Of a stretch of 64,000 bases of DNA, positions 38,701 through 49,932 are shown one piece after another; position 1 is the first letter of the stretch; each line of letters starts with the position of its first letter. This stretch comes from Phallusia mammillata (Eukaryota). Both the position numbers and the translations under genes were made by a program. A model generated the notes under the pieces. It searched no databases. It was not told the origin of the DNA and saw only the letters and a list, made by a program, of their open reading frames with translations. Location of the stretch: assembly GCA_965637545.1 (NCBI GenBank), contig OZ281495.1, forward strand, positions 21,948,001 through 22,012,000, read 5' to 3'.

Positions 38701-39788
38701 AGCAAGTTCTCCATCATCTCGAGTGAAACGCAGTGCCACTCCAAACTCCCAATTAAAAGCACCAAAGCGCCTAGCTACTGACACCACAACTGCTATGTCA
38801 CCTGTAACAAGGCCATCACTGTAGGATTATTAGGTGTTTTGGTGTACACAAAAACTTACATGTAATTTTTTTTGTAGAATATTAGAGCAATTGCAAAAAC
38901 ATAGGGAGTTGGTTGGAAACCCTGATATAGTGACTCCATTTAAAACAATGAGAGACGCAGTAAGAAGATTGCTCCCTTATCACACTTGCAACACTGCAGA
39001 GGTATGAAAATCAATAAAAGCACCCACCAACGAACTTTAATTTGTAGTGAATGTATCAAGTTGCAAGAAAAACTCTTGTAGCAGATCTGTTAATATTTCA
39101 GTAATTTTGTAGACTAGCTAATTTGTTTTTGTCTGGTGTTTAAGGAACATGTATGTTGGATTATTTTAGGTTAAGCACAAGGATTTTGTTGAGAGTGAGC
39201 CACTGTTTGAAGTGATATCTGATAAGCTGACATCGAAAGTAAATGCAATGTTTTCTAAATATCATCACCTTGCATGCAGGGAAACCACAGTAAGTACCAA
39301 TAACCCATCTGTTTTCCTTTTACACTGAAATTTTTAACAAGAAAAATTTGCAGCGAAATGAGTGTTCGGCTGATGTTGTTATGTTACAACGATCATTTTT
39401 GCAAAGTGAACGAGCTGCAGTAGTGGAAATTAAACAAAGAATCACAAGTACTGGTTTGTTGTCTTATATAACTTAGGATATTTGTTTAATACAAGCTATT
39501 TGTTTAGAAAATCCAAGTGCCATTCGGGAGTTCATCTCAAAAGGCCAAAAAGATAGTGCAGTAACAACCTACTTTAGTGGTAAATTAACTGTTATGTTCC
39601 TATTTCAATGTTTGTTCTGATAATAATACTTAGTCTTGCTGCTTTTTTTAGCTGAGGAAGCTAAGAAAATTGACAGAATGGAAAGTACTCAGGACACCAA
39701 CCAATCCAAAGTAAACACAAATGACCATTCACCTGTAGAAGTTGAAAAAGATGTTTTGTTGCAAGAAGCTGTTTTGAGCATTCTTTAA
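35727..39788 (+). CDS. BICRA: BICRA/BICRAL (GLTSCR1)-family ncBAF subunit, 13 coding exons, about 1000 aa
   Basis: Exons 35727-35761, 35841-35904, 36099-37829, 37894-38010, 38124-38228, 38293-38412, 38480-38590, 38651-38820, 38878-39001, 39170-39289, 39354-39453 (or 39447), 39508-39579, 39652-39788. Motifs FDILQQSL, GLTSCR1 domain ILEQLQKH..PD..TPF....DAVRRLLPYH, C-terminal LQEAVLSIL. One-to-one orthology (BICRA vs BICRAL) cannot be resolved. Confidence 0.85.
36501..36686 (+). repeat. In-frame 72-bp coding tandem repeat (about 2.6 copies) in BICRA exon 3
   Basis: NPQVVAIQRTASPNPVIASIQRTS / TQQVAAIQRTASPNPVIASIQRTS / NPQVAAIQRTASPN. Confidence 0.92.
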
Positions 39789-40490
39789 ATTGGTTGTAAT
39801 GCATACAGCGCTCTTCTAAAATATTCTAAATGGCATTTGCAAGCAATTGTTGCTGATGGATCTCTACTGCATCTCATATTTTTAAAACACTGTGGAGTTT
39901 TCGGTTACAATTTGGTGATACTGTAAGTTACATTTCTCAACCCAACAACATATTGAATTATTGTGGGAATGTAACATGACTGCAGATACTGTCTCTTTCT
40001 TTTTATGGTGCTTCTATTCTTGATGTTTCATCCGTCCACTCATCAATCATGTTTTCTTTTGTGAAGTGTTTTTTGCACTGTTAATTTGCCTTTACACCAC
40101 CAAAATATATGCATTCAATAGTGAAAACTAGGAAATGAATGTTCAGATTTACAAAGTGGTCCATTCTGTGTTTGTTTTTTTGCCATTGTGTTTTTTGTGT
40201 TAGATGCAATTGATCAGAAACAATATCTGTTGAAAATAGGTTTGTTTCACATGCAGCAAGTGCTTTGCACCTATCCGAAGTTTAGGCTTTTGTTCTGTTA
40301 GTTTTGTGAATATGCAAGTGGTAGTGCAGCCAAATATATGTTAGGCAGTTTGGGGTGAAACTGAAACTATTCACTTCAGTCCAACCTAAACAGATGACTT
40401 GGGCAGTGTATGTGTTGGAATTAACGAAATTTAAAGGTTCTGATGCCCACAAAGGCGTTTTTGCCCAGTGCATCTAAATTACACAAGATC

Positions 40491-40608
40491 GTTTAGTGCA
40501 CTTGTATATCGCTTGATGCACCTTTATAGCGCTTGGTGCATGCTTTTATGGCTTGGTGCACCTTTATAAATGTTAAGGTACACCAAGCTATATAAAGGTG
40601 CAACAAGC
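40491..40608. repeat. 20-bp minisatellite: four direct units followed by two inverted units
   Basis: Consensus gcttggtgcacctttata; direct copies at 40491, 40511, 40531, 40551; inverted copies at 40575-40608. Confidence 0.75.
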
Positions 40609-41237
40609 GATGTTAATGTGCAGTGTTGTGCACCATGTGATCCTGTATATTTTGATGCACCCGCTCTTGCCAAATTACCAAGCTTTGGTGTTAATTTTAT
40701 CAAAATGTTAGCTGTGATGGAAAACCAACTAAAGGGCAATTTGGTTTTAAGAGGAGCCAAACCAAAGAACAAAGATTAAAAAAATCGCACCTTTCTCAGT
40801 GGTGCCAAGCAAAAAATTAAAAATGCAGATTTCTCGTTCTTTTATACTTGCGTTTTACCGTGTTTTTAGGTTACCAGAAACTAAAGGTTTCACAAAAATT
40901 AAAAATATGCAAGACTATGACGGTTTTGGACACTATCTGAACAAAGTCTATGTTAACTGTTAAGTGTTTTTGTTTAGCGAGTGACTGTTTCATTATGGTA
41001 AATTCCCTGGGAAATCCCCTAATAAATTAATGTCCCAGAAATAGTTACCTCTGACACCTTTTTTGTCACGAAATTATTTAAGTAGTTAGGACAAACTTGA
41101 TTTATCTACTATACGTTGGTTTGCCAGTTTTTTAATTAAATGTTTATTGTATTTTATTTCTGTTTTTTCTTGATGGAAAAAAAATGTACTGTGGTGGTCT
41201 GTGACAACACACCACGTTGGTATGTGCTCATTGCTTA

Positions 41238-41747
41238 CGGTGCCTTCGAAAACTGCAGGTGCGCTAGGTGCGCTTGGTCCGCTAGGTACTTCGCTTGGTA
41301 AACTACAGGTAACTCGTTTTAATTCAACAAAGCCTGTAAATAGTGCAGGTAACCTTTTTTGAAACGAGTAAACTCGTAGTTACTGCGACGTAACGTAATA
41401 ATGCTATATGTACTGTTTTTAAGGTTGGGTTAGGGTTGAGGTTAGGGTTAGGGTTAGGGTTAGGGTTAGGGTCAGGGATCAGAGTTTAGGGTTCAGAGTT
41501 TAGGGTTTTGGTTGTGTGTTGGGACTATCGTAACACTTTTCCAGCATTATTTGCGTGTTATAACGTTAACTGCAGTATTTATGATTTGTCGCATAAAAAC
41601 AGGACAGCTGTAGTATTTTCGAGTTATGTCGTACCTATTCTGAGTTTAATCGCACCAAAGAGAGTTACCTGCACTATTTTTAAGTTACGTTGCACGAAAA
41701 AAGGTTACCAAGCGCACCTAGCGCACCTGTAGTATTCGAAGGCACCC
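41238..41747. mobile_element. 510-bp MITE with ~40-bp TIRs, 9-bp TSD and an internal telomeric-repeat tract
   Basis: TIR (c/g)ggtgccttcgaa.act.caggtgcgctaggtgcgcttggt; perfect TSD cattgctta at 41229-41237 and 41748-41756. A 9-bp TSD suggests the Mutator superfamily (inference). Confidence 0.88.
41423..41510 (+). repeat. Interstitial (TTAGGG)n-like tract
   Basis: Run of perfect GGGTTA units with degenerate flanking units, inside the MITE. Confidence 0.9.
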
Positions 41748-41855
41748 CATTGCTTATGCTGGTTAGTTGTTTGCAGAACCACTTTTCTTTTTTATCAAAA
41801 ATGTGCTTTTACATGTGCAGAACTAGGGCCTAATTTGAATACTTGAAATATAGCT

Positions 41856-44800
41856 ATGGTGCGGAAGAAGGTGGACAATCGCATACGTGTCCTTATAGAA
41901 AATGGCGTGGCAACAAAACATCGCACCATGTTCTTTATCCTGGGAGATCAATGTCGAAATCAAGTTGTTATTTTACATCACATGCTCTCCAAGGCACAAG
42001 TAAAAGCACGTCCATCAGTTTTGTGGTGCTATAAAAAAGAACTTGGTTTCAGCACGTAAGATTTCTTCATAAATTTTTAGACTAAAAAATGCATCGAAAT
42101 TTGTTTTTCTTGCAGGCTTGTTTAAAGTGGGCTACTCTAAAATACGCAATCTACGCTATCTACGCAATCTACTAAAAAAGCTAACTAAGATGCTGACGGT
42201 TAGGGCTATTAGGGTCTGGGTGAGGGTTTATAACAAAAATAACAGATACCTTTTGGGCTTAATTTTCTTACAAGTGTTGACATGCGGAACCATACGGTAT
42301 TTAGTGCCACTCTCAACACACATGTGAATATTAAGCCTAAACTGGGCATCTAAAACTAAATTATAGTGTTATTTTTATTATAAACCCTCACCCAGACCCT
42401 AAAAGCCCTAACCGTTAACATTTTTAAAGGTTGCATACCGTATTTACTTGATTGCAAGCCGCCCTCGTTTATAAGCCGCCCTCGATTGTAAGCCGCATGT
42501 TGAGGTGTTAAAAAAATAATGTATGCCGCCCTCGATTATAAGCTGCACGCTGGAATTTTAGATACGATTGTTTCTTAATACATCTTTCAGTTGTTATATG
42601 ATATGACTATTTGCCCATATCTGTGAGTTATGTTGATAACTGTACCCAACAGAACGTATATCGACATATAATCTGTAAACGCATACATGTTTTGAACCCC
42701 AAATAATTTAAAATGTTTGAGTGTAGAAACAATTTCGGTATAAAATGGAAATACAAGCCGCCCTCGATTATAAGCCGAACAAACGGCAGCTAAAAAACAA
42801 TGTAAGCCGCGGCTTATAATCGAGTAAATACGGTACGTTTTATAAGTAGATTGCGTATAGATTGTGAAGATGTATCAAATATAGGTGCATAAATAACAAT
42901 TATCCTGTTTTACAGACACAGAAAAAAGAAAATGAAACAACTACAAAAAAGAATTTCAAGCGGAACCTTGGATGTTAAAGAAAATGACCCATTTGAACTC
43001 TTTGTTGCAGCAACAAGTGTAAGATATTGTTACTACAAAGAAACTCACAAAATTCTTGGAAACACATATGGAATGTGTGTTCTTCAGGTAGTATAAAGTT
43101 TATCAAGTCCTTAAAATTTATGAGTAAAACTTATCACATATAATATCTAGGATTTTGAAGCACTGACTCCAAACTTGCTAGCTCGAACTATTGAGACTGT
43201 TGAAGGAAGTGGAATTGTTTGTTTTCTTCTTCGGTCTATGAAATCTCTAAAACAGCTTTATACACTTACTATGGTGAGCAATCTGGAAATTAATTGCTGC
43301 AAACAAGGCTTCAGTTTTATTTCACTGATACTAAAACCATATACACCACTACCTTGGCAGTAATGTTTATGATTAAACTTCTTTTCAAATCCGTGTATAG
43401 TGTTCCTAAAACCATTATAATATCAGACATTTGGTTGTTGTACTTTGTAATTACATACAGATGATGTAAGTAAAAAGTGAGAACACAAACAATTTCTTAA
43501 CTGTTTTGTGATAAAGGTACAGTGTCAAGCAACACAGCAAATTGTATTGCTTTTAATCCTGTATTCCAAAACAGTCAACACCATATTACCATCCATTAAA
43601 ATCCTATGGATAAAAATCAATTGAAAATCGATGTTTTATTTGTGTTTTGGTGTTTGTTTACAGTTATATATACTATTCTCTATTCTGTGAAAATGTGGAC
43701 AAATTGTTCATTGTTTTTTCTTACCTTCTAGTTCAAAAAACATCCGTTCTAATGATAGAATATTTTGTTTTAATATTTCTAAATCCATGATTTTTTGTCT
43801 TAGGATGTCCATTCAAGGTACAGAACTGAATCCCATAATGATGTCATTGGAAGATTCAATGAAAGGTTTGTATAGTATTGATTTACTGAAAAATTATTCT
43901 CCTCTCAATTTTTATTTTGGTGTTTGTGTTTTATTTTAACATTTCACAGTAGACACTGTTATTGTAGTGTATTGAATATGTACTGCTTTCTTGTATCTTT
44001 TCAGCAGTTACCATTATTTTATTGCGAAACTTGAATAGTTTGGTAAAGTTGGTGTGTATGTATCACTAATTCTCTAGGTTGCTTTTCTGTAAACACCCCA
44101 AATAATCAACTGATTTAAAAATGTATAAATTTATAAGTCATGTCGACAATTACTTTAGGTTTCTCTTATCGGTTGCATCTTGCAAAAATTGCTTGGTTAT
44201 CGATGACAATTTGAATGTGTTGCCTGTATCCTCCCATGCCCAAGCCATTGTTCCTGTTCCACCGAGACCAGCTGATGATTCTCTAACACCCTCTGAAAAA
44301 GAACTTGCTGAACTAAAAGATTCCCTGCAGGTCTGTTCAACCCAAATGTTAAACTAGGACAATTGTTTGTGGTGTGTGCTGAATACCTGAACAATGTTAA
44401 ATTTTACAGGACACTCAACCTATAGGTTCCATAGTAAATTGCTGCAAAACAATTGACCAGGGCAAAGGACTGTTAAAGTTTGTTGAAGCAATATCAGAAA
44501 AGACTTTGAGAAGCACTATAGTTATGACTGCAGGCAAGCACATGTAATGTAAAACTACCTTTAAGGCCAAAATATTAAAACCTTGTTTGGCTTATGTAGC
44601 AAGAGGACGTGGAAAATCAGCAACTTTGGGGTTGTCTATTGCAACTGCAGTGGCATTCAGCTATTCAAATATTTTTGTTACTTCCCCAAGTCCTGAAAAT
44701 TTGAAAACACTGTTTGAATTTGTCTTCAAAGGTTTTGATGCTCTTGAATACCAGGTGCAAACTTTTGTTCATACAGTGGTGAAATATCATAGTCAAATCT

Positions 44801-47800
44801 GCTTGTTTGTTTTGCACTTGTTCAATAACATTATCAACCTACAATTTGAAAGTTTTAATTGGTTTTAGGAGCATCTTGATTATGAACTCATCCAGTCCAC
44901 AAACCCTGAATTCAACAAAGCAGTTGTGCGAGTGAACATTTTCAAAGAGCATAGACAAACTATTCAAGTATATATTTTGAATCAATTTTGTAAATTACTT
45001 TAGTAAAATTTATAACATAACCATTTTATTTATTTAGTATATTCATCCAACTGATGCTGCCAAGCTGAGTCAGGCTGAACTACTGGTCATTGATGAGGCT
45101 GCTGCAATTCCTCTACCAGTTGTCCAAAAACTTTTGGGCCCATACTTAGTGTTCATGTCATCAACTATAAATGGGTAGGCTTTTTTATTTTTCTACTTTA
45201 CTGAAACATGATTTAAAAGTAGGATTTATGATTTTAAGGTCTTTATCTGTTTTGGGACTGGGGTAATGAGAAAAAACTGAATATGATTGATATTAATAAT
45301 ACATATTCCAAATGAAAACTTTATTATGGTGTCTGTATTCATGTGGTATTAAAGTTTTAAATGCATATAGGTATGAAGGAACTGGAAGATCCTTGTCACT
45401 AAAGTTAGTCAAGAAACTGAGGCAGCAGAGTGTTACTTCAAACAATGCAATGTCAAAACAGGTTTTTTATTTAAAATACAGCCATTTTGGTTTAGTCAAG
45501 TAATTTGTCATTCAGTAACATTCCGAAACATGTTAACTGCCAAATATTGAATGGTTAAATATATGTATTTATTTAGACAAATGATTCTCCTCTTGGGCGC
45601 AGTCTTCATGAAATCACCCTTGAAGAGTCAGTTCGATATGCCCCTGGTGATCCAATTGAGGACTGGTTGAATCATTTGCTCTGCCTTGACTGTGGATCAT
45701 CACCTATGTCTCATATATCAATCGGACTTCCACCTCCGAATGCATGTGAATTATATCCTTTGCATTTGTAGTTTGACTTGTATTTCGTAACTTCACGTAG
45801 GGATAGGCAGGTTAGAATAGCGAACTCTGATGACATTAATCGTAAATTATTATCCGAATCGAAACAGTCAGTTTTAACCGAGTAGTAGGATTCGGTCCAG
45901 ATCACGCTTGCCGACATTAATCACTTTACTTTTTTCGTGTTTTCGGTTCGGAACAGTTGTGCGCAACAATTGTTCAATGAAATCACGTACGCAGACATTC
46001 TTTTTGGTCCGTTGCTGTAGTTGTTTGATGCATCTTGTAAGTACAATTTTCAAAATCGTAGAAATGAAAAAAAAACTCCCAAACAGAATAGGATCGGCAT
46101 TTTGACTTAACTTAACTATTTTAGAATAATTATACATTATAATGAATAATGTTCTGAATTGCCCATCCCTATACATGTCCAACTCTTTTTGTGTGTTTTG
46201 TTCAAGCAAAACAAGAGTTAAAGAACAAAAAGTTGCTTCTTAACTTTTTATATTTTGACTGGTCTCACGTATTATGTAAACCGTGACACACTGTTCTGTT
46301 ACCACAAGGCTTCGGAGGCATTTCTACAACGACTAATGTCACTTTACGTTGCTTCACATTACAAGGTATGTGTGATCTGTAACTTTATTTCATTAAAAAG
46401 CACTGAAAGTAATGAAATAAGTAATTCGATTGAGAAAATTCAATCATCTCATTTGTTTTCGTCAGAACTCGCCCAATGATCTACAGATGTTATCCGACGC
46501 TCCGGCTCATCACATATTTTGTCTTTTGCCGCCAGTTACCTCTGACCAAAGCTCTCTGCCAGACGTTTTGTGTGTTCTTCAGGTTTGATTCGTGAAGTCA
46601 ATATGTAATGCTCTACAACGTTTATACTAAATTTGAGTTAGACATCGGGTACATGTCAAGTCTTCCTAAAAATACAAGCTAAAAATGCTATTAAAAGCTA
46701 TTTTAGTTGTTTGTCTAAAAATGTACAGTTACAAATGCATAAAAATATTAACAGAAGCAAATAAAATGTGGTTTTGGCCTAACTGTGCAGTAAATGTTAT
46801 CAGATTTGTCTGGAGGGCGAAATTAGTAAGAAATCGATCAGCGCCAGTCTATCCCGCGGAAGTCGTTCATCGGGAGATCTCATTCCATGGACAGTTTCAG
46901 AACAATTTCAGGATCCGGATTTTGCTGGACTCTCCGGTGCACGAGTGGTAAGTTTCATCCACTAAGAATAAACAAAAACTCATAATACCCTTTCGTTGTC
47001 TCATATTGTATATTTTTGATTTGCACATTTCGTACAGGTTCGCATTGCAACACATCCCGACTATCAGGGTATGGGTTATGGTTCACGGGCAATCGATTTG
47101 CTGGAGAAGTATTACGAAGGTCAACTGACGAGTCTCGATGAAAACGACGAGAGTGAATCTGACAAACAACAAGCGAACATTGTGTCCGAAGAGGTCAGTA
47201 AAAAAACTCACCAACGCTTATTTGTTTAAGTCGTTTGAATGAAGTGTTTGACATGTTAAAATGTGGTGGTATGACTTGTAGGATGTTGGTCTGATGGATG
47301 AAGTCCTTGCGCCAAGGAAGAACCTCCCACCGTTGTTATGGAAACTGGACGAGCGCCGACCTGAACGGCTCGACTATGTCGGTGTCTCGTACGGCCTCAC
47401 AGCACCTTTACTTAAGTAAGCAACTTTAGGCAAAATAGTTTTACTGGAATAAAACAACTCTAGCCAACTTTTTTTTAGGTTTTGGAGTAGGGCTGATTTC
47501 ACGCCGGTGTACTTGCGACAAACAGCCAACGACCTTACCGGCGAGCATTCGTGCATCATGATCAAAGCCCTCAATTCTGGAAGTGGTGGTGACTGGCAAA
47601 CCGCCTACTTTGCTGGTAAGGCCTTAAGTGAAACGTCCATCGCAAGAATAAAATTGCTCATTTTTTGTGCGTAATTTCTTTCGCAACATTTAAATTCATG
47701 CAATTGTCCTAAAAAATAGCTGCTGTATATGTATATCAGAAAAAGTGCATGTGTTGTAGCATGGCCTGGTCTGACATGTACAAATCAATTGCTTCCATTG

Positions 47801-49932
47801 CGCTTACCGAACTGTAAACGTTTTTCAGATTTCCGTCGGCGCTTTGCTTCACTGCTTTCGTTCGAATTTGCCGCTTTCAAGCCGGCCACGGCCTTGCAGG
47901 TTTTACACCGAAGAAAAAAGAAGACACACCACGGTGATGACCAACACACTTGTTCAACCAACAGAAAAGACGCACTAAGCAAGCAAGAGCTCGATTTTCA
48001 TTTCAGCAGCTATGATATGAAGAGACTGGACATGTATGCCAAGAGCATGGTTGATTACCACCTTATTCTCGATCTGCTACCACCACTTGCAAGACTTTAT
48101 TTTGCCGACAAGATCAGTACTAATATATCAGTTGCCCAGAAGGTAAAACAATCTTGATGTTGGAAGGAATTATTTTAGGCGTCCAAAATGTCCTGGTTTG
48201 GCGAATAACTGTGGAGGCATTATTTTCTTACAAATAGCATTCCAATAGTTTTAATATTATTACAGTTTGTTGTATGTGTTTAACAGGCGATTTTGCTCGG
48301 GTTTGGACTTCAGCATAAATCTGTTGAAACGATCGCCAGCGAAATTGATTTGCCCTCCTCACAGGTAAACAATGCGATATATATGTTCTTAGGTTCCATC
48401 CACGGTCGCATTACATTAGTTGGCCGCAAACCAATGATTTTTTATCAAAATTTTTTTTTAGGTTCTAGGCCTGTTCAACAGGACAGTGAGGAAACTCACC
48501 AGCTACCTGAAAGAAATCGAAAAGGCTGCGGCTGAAACTGAATTACAATCGACGCTAGGTGGCGCAAATGCGGCGGATGACGTTCGCATGGAACCATTGG
48601 AAGAAGGGCTGGATAGTGAATTGGTGTGTTTAAGCCGAGAATATGTAGAACGCAATACTAAATGCCTTGTTTGCTAAAAATCGTTTAAATAATGACTTCT
48701 AGTTTGCTCCATACTGTATCAGTGGTTTGGTTTGTTACGTAACATTAAGTATTTTGTATTTGATTTCATAGGGTCTTTCTGTTACAGAATACTGCAGCCA
48801 GCGAAGTGCTCGGGAAGCAAAAAGAGGAGGTCAAGCAATCCCTTCTCGCCTTGGACCTAAAACAGTGAGTCCCGCTTGGTAGCGTATGCCTTCCAAACTG
48901 CGCCATAAAATGTGTTGGGAAAATTATCAATGATCTGTTTACCGAGCAGCAAACTATACTGTGCACGAGGTTGCACTATATTGGTCGCCGCCGTTTCTCC
49001 AAACTGAACTTCCGAAAATGTATGTTTGCAATAAAAAACTGTTCAATCACGGTGATTAGCCGATTATCACACATTAACGCTGAAATTTTGACGCTACATA
49101 CATAGGTGTTTCGGGTAATTTTGGTAACGGAAAACAGACAGACTTTGTGAAGGTTTTAAAAGATCGATTGAAAAAGTTCCAGGGATTTGCCCCCCAAAAA
49201 TCTGTAACTGTCGGCCAATTTTTTTGGGCTGCACCAAAAAGTGATATTCGTGAAGGACATTTTCGTCTACTTTGTTTTTCCAACCTGCAGCAAAAAGCGT
49301 GATTTTGATAATAATTAACTAACAATAATGTTTCGTTTTAAGGTACGAAATCGGCGGAAGTGAAGAGGCGTGGAAAGAAGCACTTTCCGACGGTAAACAG
49401 CGAAATACTTTAAGTGTGAAAAGGTGGGTCAGAACGATTACGCTGTAGTGTTCCCACGTCTTTGAATTTTATCAGCCTATCATTTACCTTTTTTAACAAG
49501 TTCTTATAGTATAAAACTTATGATAGATGCACAAAAGATAAAATAGAAACATTAATTAAAGGAAAATAGTCGTTTGTGTACGAACTGATCACTCTATAAA
49601 AGATCACCCTGTACCGTTGGTATTTTTTCCGGTCAAAACTTGTTTTTGCACACTTTGGTTTTTGTTTCCATTTTTAAACACGAAACCAACCGCAAAAAAA
49701 CGCACGTACAGGTCAGCAGGTCAGCAAACCTATAGTTATATTTGGTACAATAAAACGTTGCCCCGTGTGTAAATCAATTCTGTGCGCACATGCACCTCAC
49801 GGATGTGCGTCAAACATTTGCAGCGACAGGAAACGAGACGCATCGCCGAACAACGTTCCACGGGGCGGTGGTGTTGACAAAAAGAAGCGCAAAAAGAAGA
49901 TGAAAAAAACAAGCTTCCAAACCCAAAAGTAA
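41856..49932 (+). CDS. NAT10: RNA cytidine acetyltransferase NAT10, 23 coding exons, about 1038 aa
   Basis: Exons 41856-42055, 42916-43087, 43151-43273, 43804-43865, 44159-44330, 44410-44533, 44600-44754, 44869-44967, 45038-45174, 45371-45461, 45577-45752, 46269-46365, 46466-46582, 46804-46947, 47038-47193, 47282-47415, 47479-47615, 47829-48142, 48287-48364, 48462-48623, 48788-48864, 49343-49423, 49824-49932 sum to 3117 nt in frame. Motifs MVRKKVDNRIR, ARGRGKSA, VIDEAAAIP, YEGTGRSL, RIATHPDYQGMGYG, basic tail. Confidence 0.97.
42140..42870. mobile_element. Foldback/MITE with long imperfect inverted arms containing telomere-like repeats, NAT10 intron 1
   Basis: atgctgacggttagggctattagggtctgggtgagggtttataa (about 42189) is the reverse complement of about 42366-42420; outer arms tacgcaatctact / agtagattgcgta also pair once the nested element is removed. 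Confidence 0.7.
42438..42833. mobile_element. Tc1/mariner (Tc2-like) MITE nested in the right arm of the foldback element
   Basis: TIRs ccgtatttact.gatt..aagccgc; TA TSD at 42436-42437 and 42834-42835; repeated aagccgccctcg motifs. Confidence 0.85.
44534..44599 (+). other. GC-AG intron in NAT10
   Basis: cag|gcaagc...tatgtag|ca restores TA-A-RGRGKS; nearby GT donors give the wrong phase or a stop. Confidence 0.8.
45753..46268 (+). other. U12-type AT-AC intron in NAT10
   Basis: 5' site ATATCCTTT, branch site TTCTTAAC at 46237-46244, ends ..ctcAC; splicing restores CELYYVNRD. Confidence 0.92.

Noticed and set aside
40524-40779. Overlapping ORFs on both strands
   Set aside because: They arise from the 20-bp palindromic minisatellite; no protein features.
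41423-41510. TTAGGG tract as a chromosome end or fusion scar
   Set aside because: Enclosed by TIRs and a perfect TSD, so it is transposon cargo.
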